This document shows, one piece after another, positions 23,900-36,846 of a stretch of 64,000 nucleotides of DNA; the stretch's first letter is position 1; each line of letters starts with the position of its first letter. The DNA comes from Mobula hypostoma. Taxonomy: Eukaryota. The notes below the pieces were generated by a model. The model was not told the DNA's origin. It searched no databases and saw only the letters and a list, made by a program, of their open reading frames with translations. Location of the stretch: assembly GCF_963921235.1 (NCBI RefSeq), contig NC_086108.1, positions 4,588,001 to 4,652,000 of the forward strand. Direction: 5' to 3'. Made by a program: the position numbers and the translations under genes.

Positions 23900-25815
23900 T
23901 ACTTTACTTTATACTTTATTGTCACCAAACAATTCATACTAGAACGTAAAATCATCATAGCAATATTTGATTCTACGCTTCCTGCTCCCTGGATTACAAA
24001 TCGATAGTAAGTATTAAAAATTTAAATTATAAATCATAAATAGAAAATATAAAAATGGGAAGTAAGGTAGTGCAAAAAAAAAAACCAAGATGCAGGTCCG
24101 GATATTTGGAGGGTACGGCCCAGATCCGGGTCAGGATCCGTTCAGCAGTCTTATCACAGTTGGAAAGAAGCTGTTCCCAAATCTGGCCATACGAGTCTTC
24201 AAGCTCCTGAGCCTTCTCCCGGAGGGAAGGGCGAAAAGTGTGTTGGCTGGGTGGGTCGTGTCCTTGATTATCCAGGCAGCACTGCTCCGACAGCGTGCGG
24301 TGTAATGTGAGTCCAAGGATGGAAGATTGGTTTGTGTGATGTGCTGCGCCGTGTTCACGATCTTCTGCAGCTTCTTCCAGTCTTGGACAGGACAACTTCC
24401 ATACCAGGTTGTGATGCACCCTAGAAGAATGCTTTCTACGGTGCATCTATAAAAATTAGTGAGGGTTTTCGGGGACAGGCCAAACTTCTTTAGTTTTCTC
24501 AGGAAGTAAAGGTGCTGGTGGGCCTTCTTGGCAGTGGAATCTGCTTGGTTGGACCAAGTCAGGTCATTTGTGATATTGACCCCGAGGAACTTAAAGCTTT
24601 TGACCTGTTCCACTTGCGCACCACCGATGTAAATGGGGTCATGCGGACCGCTACTCCTTCTGACGTCAACAACCAATTCCTTCGTCTTGCTGACGTTGAG
24701 GGATAGGTCATTGTCTTCGCACCATGCCACCAGGTTCTTAATTTCCTCTCTGTACTCAAACTCATCATTACCCAAGATACAGCCTACAATTGTTGTGTCA
24801 TCAGCAAACTTGTATATTGAGTTTGATGGAAACTTGGCTACACAATCATGGGTGTACAGTGAGTACAGCAGGGGGCTGAGTACACAGCCTTGCGGGGCAC
24901 CGGTGCTCAGAGTGATTGTAGAGGAGAGCTTGTCCCCTATTTTTACAGCCTGAGTCCTGTCTGTGAGGAAGTTGAAGATCCAGCTGCAGATCTGAGTGCT
25001 AAGGCCCAGGTTCCGGAGCTTAGTAATCAGTTTATTTGGAATGATGGTATTAAAGGCAGAGCTGTAGTCAATGAAAAGGAGCCTTACGTATGTGTCTTTA
25101 TTCTCCAGGTGTTCTAAGGAGGAATGTAGGGCCAGAGAGATGGCATCTGCCGTTGACCTGTTGCTCCGGTAGGCGAATTGCAAAGTGTCGAGGTTGACCG
25201 GTAGGCTGTGGTTGATGTGTGCCATAACCAATCTCTCGAAGCACTTCATAGCAATTGATGTCAGAGCCACAGGTCAATAGTCATTCAGGCATGTCACCTT
25301 CCTCTTCTTCGGCACTGGGATTATCGTTGCCTTCTCAAAACACGAGGGGATCTTAGACTGAAGCAAGGAGCAGTTGAAGATGTCAGCAAACACTCCAGCT
25401 AGCTCGCTTGCACAGGCCTGGAGAACCCGTCCCGGGACGCCATCTGGGCCAGTCGCCTTCCTTGGATTTATCTTCAGGAAGGCCCTTCTAACGTCCTTCT
25501 CGGTGACGATGAATCTTGATGCCACCAGGTCCGGTTCATCCAGAGGGAGCGGGACGCTCCTCTTCTGTTCGAATCTTGCGTAGAATACGTTAAGTTCATC
25601 AGGAAGAGAAGCGCCACAGTTATTGATATTCCAGCCTTTTCTTTGCGCCCAGTGATCTCATTTAGACCCTGCCATAGTCTACTGGCATCCATCTGGTTAG
25701 CCTGGGCTTCCAACTTGGCTTGATATTGCCTCTCGGCGCCATTGATGGCTTTCCGGAGTTCACGCCTGGATTCCGCGTAGTGACTGGTATCCCCAGACCT
25801 AAAAGCCGCACAATA
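23900..25815 (-). mobile_element. 5'-truncated Rex1/Babar LINE with a 379-aa open RT/C-terminal ORF
   Basis: ORF 24131-25270 contains [24 protein letters not shown] and KFLG; short-repeat tail at about 23900. Confidence 0.92.
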
Positions 25816-25817
25816 GG

Positions 25818-26740
25818 ACACATCTTCTCCACATCTTTCAAACCTGGAACATTTTTCAGAATTTCCTTTGCACTCTATCCAAATAATGTCAGCACATCCT
25901 TTCTTAGATAAGGGGCCCAAAACTGCTTCCAATACTCCAAGTGAGGCCTCACCATTGCCTTATAAAGTCTCAACATTAATTACATCCTTGCTTTTATATT
26001 CTAGTCCTCTTGAAATGAATACTAACATCACATTGCCTTCCTCACCACAGACTCAACCTGCAAATGAACCTTTAGGGAATCCTGCATAAGCACTCCCAAA
26101 TCCCTTTGTGCCTTTGTTTTTCGTATTTCCTCTCCACTTAGAAAATAGTCCACCCTTTCATTTCTACCAAAGTGCATGATCGTACACTTCCCAACACTGT
26201 ATTCCATCTGCCATTTCTTTGCCCATTTTCCTAATCTGTCCAAATCCTTTTGTAGCCTCTCTGCTTCCTCAAAACTTCTTGCCCCTCCACTGATCTTAAT
26301 GTCAACTACAAACTTTGCAACAAAGCCATCAATTCCATCATCCAAGTCATTGATATATACTGCCAGTGTTCTTCTTTCCAATCAATTTGGCCAACTCCTC
26401 TTTCATGCCTCTGTAATTCTCTTTACTCCACTGTAATACTGATACATCCGACATTAGCTTCTCCTTGCCCAGGCCTGCGCCCTGGAAATTTGTGGTCTCA
26501 TGAGAGTAATGGATGCCTATATAGCTTCTCCTTTTCTAATTTCAGGTTGAGTTTGATCATATTACAATCACTTACCCCTAACAGTTCCTTTACCTTAAGC
26601 TCTCAAATTAATTCTGGTTCATTGCACAACACCCAGTCCAGAATAGCTGATCCCCTAGTGGGCTCAACCATGAGCTGCTCTAAAAAACCATCTCATAGGC
26701 ATTCAAGGAATTCCTCCTCTTGAAATCCATCACTTATCTA
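25818..26740 (-). mobile_element. Degenerate, internally deleted CR1 fragments
   Basis: YINDLDDG...AKFVVD...LQKDLDRL RT motifs plus endonuclease-region remnants. Confidence 0.75.
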
Positions 26741-26895
26741 CCTGCATTATTGGTGTGGCATCAGCAGTGGACCAATTGATTCACAGAGAGAGAGAAAGAG
26801 CTTCGCACATGTTGGGGAGAGGAGTATAAAAAAAGAAGTGTTTCACGGGGCTTTGCGCATTAGTGGTGGACCAATCGATCTGCGATTCATTAGAA

Positions 26896-27812
26896 CAGGG
26901 ACGGCCAACCTATAGCGCATGCACCAAAAGTGGCGCATTGGATGATTAGGAGTGGCGCATTGCACCCCAGTGATAATAATAAAAAAAGTAAGCCTACTCA
27001 TGCAAAAAGTATTAACCAAAAACCAATTTGTAGAAAAAAAACCAATAACAGGAATTCAAGAAGCTTAGAGCTAGAAATGGGTTTTACTGAGAATAAATCT
27101 AAAACTTAGCAATTATTTTTAGTGATTTTATTATTTCGTGCACATCTTTTGGAGAATGTTATCTTCTTTCACATTAATCTGTTTTCAATTTAAATAAATG
27201 TTCAATAAGTCAAACTAGGAAAGAAGGACTTTTGTTCTGCAGTCGTTCCATAACTGTTCAATACACGTTTGATACTTGTTTGATCCTGAGGCGCCAGGCG
27301 TCTGCACCAGCGGTGCGTCGCAGGGTTTTGCCAGCCAGTTTACAATTGACACTCGTGCGCTACAGAGTTGTGCTTTGTTTGTCCTTTGTGAATATTTGCA
27401 GTTTTGTACTTTTTCGAGAATTAAGCCTTATTTGTACCTTCACCTACCCATTACAGTGCAAAAGAAAATGAGTGGAAGGAAAGCAGTAAGTGATAGTAAG
27501 TGTGAATTCAATGAGCAGTGGGAAAATTATTTATAGTGGGTCTGTCAGGAAAACCATTGTGCATTGTTTGTGAAAACACTTTCTCACATAATAGAAGACG
27601 TGATCTTAATAGACACTATAAAACACAACATCAGACTGAAATAGAAGGAAAACTGAAGCCAGTGCTTGGGTCTGAGTTACAGAAAGAATATGTGATTAAG
27701 AAAAAAGAAAAAATCAAAAAGAAGACAAAATATATTTGTTAAAGATCTCATTAAGGTAAGTAATGTTTATCTTGTTCATATATTAAATCAATATATCATG
27801 TAAAATGCTAAA
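26896..27812 (+). mobile_element. hAT (Buster/Charlie-like) 5' fragment with degenerate BED-like zinc-finger transposase N-terminus
   Basis: End CAGGGACGGCCAACCT is preceded by cattagaa (nnnTAnnn target). Frameshifted FNEQWENYLFIV..GKPLCIVC...LNRHYKTQH. Truncated by a Rex1 insertion. Confidence 0.75.
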
Positions 27813-29870
27813 TATAGTCATAGTCATACTTTATTGATCCCGGGGGAAACTGGTTTTCATTACAGTTGCTCCATAAATAATAAATAGTAATAGAACCATA
27901 AATAGTTAAATAGTAATATGTAAATTATGCCAGGAAATTATGAAATAAGTCCAGGACCAGCCTATTGGCTCAGGGTGTCTGACCCTCCAAGGGAGGAGTT
28001 GTAAAGTTTGATGGCCACAGGCAGGAATGACTTCCTATGACGCTCTGTGCTGCATCTTGGTGGAATGAGTCTCTGGCTGAATGTACTCCTGTGCCCACCC
28101 AGTACATTATGTAGTGGATGGGAGACATTGTCCAAGATGGCATGCAACTTGGACAGCATCCTCTTTTCAGACACCACAGTCAGAGAGTCCAGTTCCATCC
28201 CCACAACATCACTGGCCTTACGAATGAGTTTGTTGATTCTGTTGGTGTCTGCTACCCTCAGACTGCTGCCCCAGCACACAACAGCAAACATGATAGCACT
28301 GGCCACCACAGACTCGTAGAACATCCTCAGCATCATCCGGCAGATGTTAAAGGACCTCAGTCTCCTCAGGAAATAGAGATGGCTCTGACCCTTCTTGTAG
28401 ACAGCCTCAGTGTTCTTTGACCAGTCCAGTTTATTGTCAATTCGTATTCCCAGGTATTTGTAATCCTCCACCATGTCCACACTGACCCCCTGGATGGAAA
28501 CAGGGGTCACCAGTACCTTAGCTCTCTTCAGGTCTACCACCAGCTCCTTAGTCTTTTTCACATTAAGCTGCAGATAATTCTGCTCACACCATGTGACAAA
28601 GTTTCCTACCGTAGCCCTGTACTCAGCCTCATGTCCCTTGCTGATGCATCCAACTATGGCAGAGTCATCCGAAAACTTCTGAAGATGACAAGACTCTGTG
28701 CAGTAGTTGAAGTCCGAGGTGTAAATGGTGAAGAGAAAGGGAGACAAGACAGTCCCCTGTGGAGCCCCAGTGCTGCTGATCACTCTGTCAGACACACAGT
28801 GTTGCAAGCACACGTACTGTGGTCTGCCAGTCAGGTAATCAAGAATCCATGATACCAGGGAAGCATCCACCTGCATCGCTGTCAGCTTCTCCCCCAGCAG
28901 AGCAGGGCGGATGGTGTTGAACGCACTGGAGAAGTCAAAAAACATGACCCTCACAGTGCTCGCTGGCTTGTCCAGGTGGGCGTAGACACGGTTCAGCAGG
29001 TAGACGATGGCATCCTCAATTCCTAGTCGGGGCTGGTAGGCGAACTGGAGGAGATCTAAGTGCGGCCTGACCATAGGCCGGAGCAGCTCCAGAACAAGTC
29101 TCTCCAGGGTCTTCATGATGTGGGAGGTCAATGCCACCGGTCTGTAGTCATTGAGGCCGCTGGGGCGCGGCGTCTTCGGCACAGGGACGAGGCAGGACGT
29201 CTTCCACAGTACAGGAACCCTCCGGAGACTCAGGCTCAGGTTGAATACATGGCGAAGTACTCCACGTAGCTGAGGGGCACAGGCTTTGAGCACCCTGGTA
29301 CTGACACCATCCAGTCCTGCAGCCTCGCTTGGGTTGAGACGTTTCAGCTGTCTTCTCACCTGCTCAGCCGTGAAGCCCACCGTGGTGGTTTCGTGTTGGG
29401 AAGGGGTATAGTCATGAGAGCAGGGTGGGGGACTGTGAGGAGGGGTAGGAGGGGAGAGTGGAATATGTGTTGGTTGGGGGCCGACAACAGATGGCTCATG
29501 TGTGGGATGGGCAGGGGTCACAATGTCAAATCTGTTAAAGAACAGGTTAAGTTCATTGGCCGTGTCCACACTGCCTTCAGCTCCTCTGTTGCTAGTTTGC
29601 CAGAACCCAGTGATGGTCCTCATCCCCCTCCAGACCTCTCTCATGTTGTTCTGCTGGAGTTTCCACTCAAGCTTCCTCCTGTACCTGTTTTTAGCCTCCC
29701 TGATCCTGGCTTTCAGGTCCCTCTGTATTGCCCTCAGCTCCTCCCTATTTCCATCTCTAAACGCCCTCTTTTTAGCGTTCAGGGTGTCCTTAATGTCCTT
29801 TGTCACCCATGGCTTGTTATTTGAATAACAAATGACAGTTCTTGTTGGAACATTGCAGTCCACACAGAAG
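27813..29870 (-). mobile_element. Young 5'-truncated Rex1-clade LINE with an uninterrupted RT ORF
   Basis: ORF 27962-29899 has no stops and contains DFSSAFNTI, GAPQG, KFSDD and YKYLG; (TGACTA)n tail on the minus strand. Confidence 0.93.
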
Positions 29871-29889
29871 TGGAGGTGGAGGACACATT

Positions 29890-30554
29890 TAACTGTCAAG
29901 GAGAGATGTTATGGATGCAATGGGAGGTGAGGACAATGATACAATAGCTATCACTAAACAGGTAGTGCTGAGCAAACTTATGGGTCTGAAGATAGATATC
30001 TCCCCTGGTCCTGATGGAATGCATCCCAGGGTACTGAAAGAAATGGCAGAAGTTATAGTAGAGACTTTGGTGATGATTTAACGAAATTCTCTGGACTCTG
30101 CACAGCTCCTGGCAGATTGGAAGATGGCGAATATCACACCATTGTTCAAAAAAGGATGTAGGCAAAAGGAAGATGACTGTAGGCCAGTTAGTTTAACATC
30201 TGTAGTTGGGAAAATGCTTGAAGCTGTCATTAAAGAAGAAATAATGAAGCATCTGGAAAGAAATGGATCCATCAGGCAGATGTAGAATGGATTCAGCAAG
30301 GGCAGGTCCTGTTTGACAAACTTACTGGAGTTCTTTGAAGATATAACGAGCATAGTGGATAGAGGTGAACAGATGCACATTATTTATTTGGATTTCCGGA
30401 AGGCATTCGATAAGATGCCACATAAAAGGCTTATCCATAAGATAAGGATGCATAAGAGTTGGGGTGATGTATTAGCATGGATAGAGGATTGGTTGGCTAA
30501 TAGAAAGCAGAGAGTTGGGATACATGGGTGTTACTCTGGTTGGCAATCAGTGGT
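29890..30554 (+). mobile_element. Degenerate CR1 RT fragment
   Basis: TNLLEFFEDIT...YLDFRKAFDK motifs with internal stops. Confidence 0.8.
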
Positions 30555-30698
30555 GCCACCCAGGGTGATCTGAGTATCTCAGAAACTGCTGATCTCCTGG
30601 GATTTTTACGCACAACAGACTCTGGAGTTTACAAAGAATGGTGCAGAAAACAAAAACACATCCAGCGAGTGACTGTTCTGTGAGTGAAAACATCTTGT
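30555..30698 (+). mobile_element. Small fragment of a third Tc1-family transposase (N-terminal HTH)
   Basis: Translates to LSISETADLLGF..TT.S.VYKEWC.KQK.SSE, typical of a Tc1-like N-terminus. Confidence 0.6.
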
Positions 30699-30699
30699 A

Positions 30700-33460
30700 A
30701 AATCCAGTACTCCAAGTGGGGCCTGACCAGGATCCTATATAGCTGCAACATTACCTCTTGCCTCCTAAACTTAATCCCGCAATTAATAAAGGCCAATGCA
30801 CCGAATGCCTTCTTAACCACAGAGTCAACCTGCGCAGCAGCTTTGAGTGTCCTATGGACTTGGACCCCAAGATCCCTCTGATCCTCCACACTGCCAAGAG
30901 TCTTACCATTAATGCTATATTCTGCCATCATATCTGACCTACCAAAATGAACCACCTCACACTTATCTGTGTTGAACTCCATTTGCCACTTCTCAGCCCA
31001 GTTTTGCATCCTATCAATGTCCTGCTGTAACCTCTGACAGCCCTCCACACTATCCACAACACTCCCAACCTTTGTGTCATCAGCAAATTTACTAATGCAT
31101 CCTTCCACTTCCTCATCCAGGTCACTTATAAAAATTATGAAGAGAAGGGGTTCCAGAACAGATCCCTGAGGTACACCACTGGTCACTGACCTCCATGCAG
31201 AATATGACCTGTCAACAACCACTCTTTGCCTTCTGTGGGCAAGCCAGTTCCGGATCCACAAAGCAAGGTCCCCTTGGATCCCATGCCTCCTTACTTTCTC
31301 AATAAGCCTTGCATGGGGTATCTTATCAAATGCCTTGCTGAAATCCATATACACTACATCTATGGCTCTACCTTCATCAATGTGTTTAGTCATAAAAAAT
31401 TCAATCAGACTCATAAGGCACAACCTGCCTTTGACAAAGCCATACTGACTATTCCTAATCATATTATGCCTCTCCAAATGTTCATAAATCCTGCCTCTCA
31501 GGATCTTCTCCATCAACTTACCAACCACTGAAGTAAGACTCACTGGTGTATAATTTCCTGGGCTATCCCTACTCCCTTTCTTGAATAAGGGAACAACATC
31601 TGCAACCCTCCAATCCTCTGGAACCTCTCCCGTCCTCAATGATGATGCAAAGATCATCGCCAGAGGCTCAGCAATCTCCTCCCTCGCTTCCCACAGTAGC
31701 CTGCGGTACATCTCATCCGGTCCCAGTGACTTATCCAACTTGCTTTGCAAAAGCTCCAGCACATCCTCTTTCTTAATGTCGAGATGGTCAAGTTTTTCAG
31801 TCCGCTGTAAGTCATCCCTACAATCGCCAAGATCCTTTTCTGTAGTGAATACCGAAGCAAAGTATTCATTAAGTACCTCTGCTATCTCCTCCGGTTCCAT
31901 ACACACTTTTCCACTGTCTCTCTTGATTGGTCCTATTCTCTCACGTCTTATCCTCTTGCTCTTCACATATTTGTAAAATGCCTTGGGGTTTTCCTTAATC
32001 CTGCTCGCCAAGGCCTTCTCATGACCCCTTCAGGCTCTCCTAATTTCATTCTTAAGTTCCTTCCTGCTAGCCTTATAATTTTTTAGATCTCCATCATTAC
32101 TTAGTTTTTTTGAACCTTTTGTAAGCTTTTCTTTTCTTCTTGACCAGATTTTCAACACCACGGTTCCTGTACCCTACCATCCTTTCCATCTCATTGGAAT
32201 GTACCTACGCGGAACACCACGCAAATATCCCCTGAACATTTGCCACATTTCTGCCGTACTTTTCCATGAGAACATCTGTTCCCAAGTTATACTTCCAAGT
32301 TCCTGCCTGATAGCTTCATATTTCCCCTTACTCCAAATAAACACTTTCCTATCCCTCTCCAATTCTATGGTAAAGGAGATAGAAATGTGATCACTATCTC
32401 CAAAATGCTCTCCCACTGAGAGATCTGACACCTGACCAGGTTCATTTCCCAATACCAAATCAAGTACAGCCTCTCCTCTTGTAGGCTTACCTACATATTG
32501 TGTCAGGAACCCTTCCTGAATACACCTAACAAACTCCACCCCATCTAAATCCCATGCTCTGGGGAGATGCCAATCAATATTGGGGAAATTAAAATCTCCC
32601 ACCATGCCAACCCAGTTATTATTTAACCTTTCCAGAATCTGTCTCCCTATCTGCTCCTCGATGTCCCTGTTACTATTGGGTGATCTATAAAAAAACACCC
32701 AGTAGAGTTATTGACCCCTTCCTGTTCCTAACTTCCACCCACAGAGACTCAGTAGACAACCCCTCCATGACTTCCTCCTTTTCTGCAGCCGTGACACTAT
32801 CTCTGATCAACAGTGCCACGCCCCCACCTCTTTTGCCTCCCTCCCTGTCCCTTCTGAAACTTCTAAAGCCTGGCACTCTAAGTAACCATTCCTGCCCCTG
32901 AGCCATCCAAGTCTCTGTAATGGCCACAACATCATACCTCCAAGTACTGATCCATGTTCTAAGTTCATCTGTTTTGTTCATAATACTCCTTGCATTAAAA
33001 TAGACACATCTCAAACCATCGGTCTGACTGCTTCCCTTCTCTATCATCTGCCTATCCTCCCTCTCAAACTGTCTACAAGCTTTCTTGATTTGTGAGCCAA
33101 CCGCCCCTTCCTCCAGCTCTTCAGTTTGGTTCCCACCCCCCAGCAATCCTAGCTTAAACTCTCCCCAACAGCCTTGGCAAACCTCTGTGCCAGGATATTG
33201 GTCCCCCTCGGATTCAAGTGCAACCCATCCTTTTTGTACAGGTCACACCTGCCCCAAAAGAGGTCCCAATGATCCAGAAATCTGAATCCCTGCCCCCTGC
33301 TCCAATCTCTCAGCCACGCATCTATCCTCCACCTCATTCTATTCCTATACTCACTGTTGTGTGTCACAGTCAGTAATCCCAAGATTACTACCTTTGAGAT
33401 CCTGCTTCTCAATTTCCTTCCTAACTCCCTGTAGTCTGTTTTCAGGACATTCTCCCTTTT
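30700..33460 (-). mobile_element. CR1 LINE with SGNH-esterase ORF1 remnant and ORF2 (endonuclease plus RT), frameshifted
   Basis: ORF1 C-terminus FRFLDHWDLFWGR.DLYKKDGLHLN (33149-33412); endonuclease YFNARS, ITETW, GDFN, SDH; RT ORF 30629-32011. Confidence 0.92.
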
Positions 33461-35188
33461 AGAAACATAGAAAATAGGTGCAGGAGTAGGCCATTCGGCC
33501 CTTCGAGCCTACACCACCATTCAGTATGATCTTGGCTGATCATCCAACTCAGAACCCTGTACCAGCCTTCCCTCCATACCCCCTGATCCCTTTAGCCACA
33601 AGGGCCACATCTAACTCCCTCTTAAATATAGCCAATGAACTGGCCTCAACTGTTTCCTGTGGCAGAGAATTCCACAGATTCACCACTCTCTGTGTGAAGA
33701 AGTTTTTCTTACTTTCGGACCTAAAAGGCTTCCCCTTTATCCTCAAACTGTGACTCCTCGTTCTGGACTTCCCCAACATCGGGAACAATCTTCCTGCATC
33801 TAGCCTGTCCAATCCCTTTAGGATTTTATACGTTTCAATAAGATCCCCCCTCAATCTTCTAAATTCCAACGAGTATAAGCCTAGTCGATCCAGTCTTTCA
33901 ACATATGAAAGTCCTGCCATCCCAGGAATCAATCTGGTGAACCTTCTTTGTACTCCCTCTATGGCAAGAATGTCTTTCCTCAGATTAAGGGACCAAAATT
34001 GCACACAATACTCCAGGTGTGGTCTCACCAAGGCCTTGGACAACTGCAGTAGTACCTCCCTGCTCCTGTACTCGAATCCTCTTGCCATGAATGCCAACAT
34101 ACCATTCGCCTTTTTCACCGCCTGCTGTACCTGCATGCCCACTCTCAATGACTGGTGTGTAATGACGCCCAGGTCTCGTTGCACTTCCCCTTTTCCTAAT
34201 TGGCCACCATTCAGATAATAATCTGTTTTCCTGTTTTTGCCACCAAAGTGGATAACTTCACATTTATCCACATTAAATTGCATCTGCCATAAATTTGCCC
34301 ACTCACCTAACCTATCCAAGTCAACCTGCATCCTCTTCACAGCGAACACTGCCGCCCAGCTTCGTGTCATCCGCAAACTTGGAGATGCTGCATTTAATTC
34401 CCTCATCCAAGTCATTAATATATATTGTAAACAACTGGGGTCCCAGCACTGAGCCTTGCGGTACCCCACTAGTCACTGCCTGCCATTCTGAAAAGGTCCC
34501 GTTTATTCCCACTCTTTGCTTCCTGTCTACCAACCAATTCTCTATCCACATCAATACCTTACCCCCAATACCGTGTGCTTTAAGTTTGGACACTAATCTC
34601 CTGTGTGGGACCTTGTCAACAGCCTTTTGAAAATCCAAATATATCACATCCACTGGTTCTCCCCTATCCACTCTACTAGTTACATCCTCAAAAAATTCTA
34701 TGAGATTTGTCAGACATGATTTTCCTTTCACAAATCCATGCTGACTTTGTCCGATGATTTCACCGCTTTCCAAATGTGCTGTTATCACATCTTTGATAAC
34801 TGACCCTAGCATTTTCCCCACCACCGATGTTAGGCTAACCGGTCTATAATTCCCCAGTTTCTCTCTCCCTCCTTTTTTAAAAAGTGGGGTTACATTAGCC
34901 ACCCTCCAATCCTCAGGAACTAGTCCAGAATCTAAAGAGTTTTGAAAAATTATCACTAATGCATCCACTATTTCTTAGGCTACTTCCTTAAGCACTCTAG
35001 GATGCAGACCATCTGGCCCTGGGGATTTATCTGCCTTTAATCCTTCAATTTACCTAACACCACTTCCCTACTAACATGTATTTCCCTCAGTTCCTCCATC
35101 TCACTGGACCCTCTGTCCCCCACTATTTCCAGAAGATTATTTATGCCCTCCTTAGTGAAGACAGAACCAAAGTAGTTATTCAGTTTTC
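33461..35188 (-). mobile_element. Young 5'-truncated CR1 copy
   Basis: ORFs 34321-34968 and 33549-34469 give RT through C-terminus with a single frameshift; 3' tail TTTCTATG. Confidence 0.93.
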
Positions 35189-35299
35189 CTACCTATATTT
35201 TATAGAAACATATATAATTATGAAAGGGATAGATAAGATAGAGTCAGGAAAGTTATTTCCACTGGTAGGTGAGACTAGAACTAGGAGACATAGCCTCAA

Positions 35300-36846
35300 A
35301 GTGCTTAAGGAAGTGGCCCAAGAAATAGTGGACGCATTAGTGATAATTTTTCAAAACTCGTTAGATTCTGGACTAGTTCCTGAGGATTGGAGGGTGGCTA
35401 ATGTAACCCCACTTTTTAAAAAAGGAGGGAGAGAGAAACCGGGGAATTATAGGCCGGTTAGCCTAACGTCGGTGGTGGGGAAACTGCTGGAGTCAGTTAT
35501 CAAAGATGTGATAACAGCACATTTGGAAAGCGGTGAAATGATCGGACAAAGTCAGCATGGATTTGTGAAAGGAAAATCATGTCTGACGAATCTCATAGAA
35601 TTTTTTGAGGATGTAACTAGTAGAGTGGATAGGGGAGAACCAGTGGATGTGGTATATTTGGATTTTCAAAAGGCTTTTGACAAGGTCCCACACAGGAGAT
35701 TAGTGTGCAAACTTAAAGCACACGGTATTGGGGGTAAGGTATTGGTGTGGGTGGAGAATTGGTTAGCAGACAGGAAGCAAAGAGTGGGAATAAACGGGAC
35801 CTTTTCAGAATGGCAGGCGGTGACTAGTGGGGTACCGCAAGGCTCAGTGCTGGGACCCCAGTTGTTTACAATATATATTAATGACTTGGATGAGGGAATT
35901 AAATGCAGCATCTCCAAGTTTGCGGATGACACAAAGCTGGGTGGCAGTGTTAGCAGTGAGGAGGATGCTAAGAGGATGCAGGGTGACTTGGATAGGTTGG
36001 GTGAGTGGGCAAACTCATGGCAGATGCAATTTAATGTGGATAAATGTGAAGTTATCCACTTTGGTGGCAAAAATAGGAAAACAGATTATTATCTGAATGG
36101 TGGCCGATTAGGAAAAGGGGAGGTGCAACGAGACCTGGGTGTCATTATACACCAGTCATTGAAAGTGGGCATGCAGGTACAGCAGGCGGTGAAAAAGGCG
36201 AACGGTATGCTGGCATTTATAGCGAGAGGATTCGAGTACAGGAGCAGGGAGGTACTACTGCAGTTGTACAAGGCCTTGGTGAGACCACACCTGGAGTATT
36301 GTGTGCAGTTTTGGTCCCCTAATCTGAGGAAAGACATCTTTGCCATAGAGGGAGTACAAAGAAGGTTCACCAGATTGATTCCTGGGATGGCAGGTCTTTC
36401 ATATGAAGAAAGACTGGATGAACTGGGCTTGTACTCGTTGGAATTTAGAAGATTAAGGGGGGATCTGATTGAAACGTATAAGATCCTAAAGGGATTGGAC
36501 AGGCTAGATGCGGGAAGATTGTTCCCGATGTTGGGGAGGTCCAGAACGAGGGGTCACAGTTTGAGGATAGAGGGGAAGCCTTTTAGGACCGAGATTAGGA
36601 AAAACTTCTTCACACAGAGAGTGGTGAATCTGTGGAATTCTCTGCCACAGCAAACTGTTGAGGCCAGTTCATTAGCTATGTTTAAAAGGAAGTTAGATAT
36701 GGCCCTTGTGGCTACAGGGGTCAGGGGGTATGGAGGGAAGGCTGGGTTCTGAGTTGGATGATCAGCCATGATCATAATAAATGGCGGTGCAGGCTCGAAG
36801 GGCCGAATGGCCTACTCCTGCACCTATTTTCTATGTTTCTATGTTT
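35300..36846 (+). mobile_element. Young 5'-truncated CR1 copy with intact RT to C-terminus, inserted into an older CR1 (about 35190-35299 and 36847-37135)
   Basis: Open frame to 36752 (KFADD, PQGS, HLEYCVQFW); tail ttctatgtttctatgtttc; the older CR1 resumes immediately after. Confidence 0.93.

Noticed and set aside
27468..27742. Host GTF2IRD2/ZBED-like gene exon (donor-like aag|gtaagt at about 27755)
   Set aside because: It is frameshifted and lies just inside a hAT TIR, so it is a transposase remnant.
35076..36752. 558-aa ORF as a functional or domesticated RT gene
   Set aside because: It is a chance in-frame fusion of three CR1 pieces, lacks the endonuclease, and is a 5'-truncated insertion.
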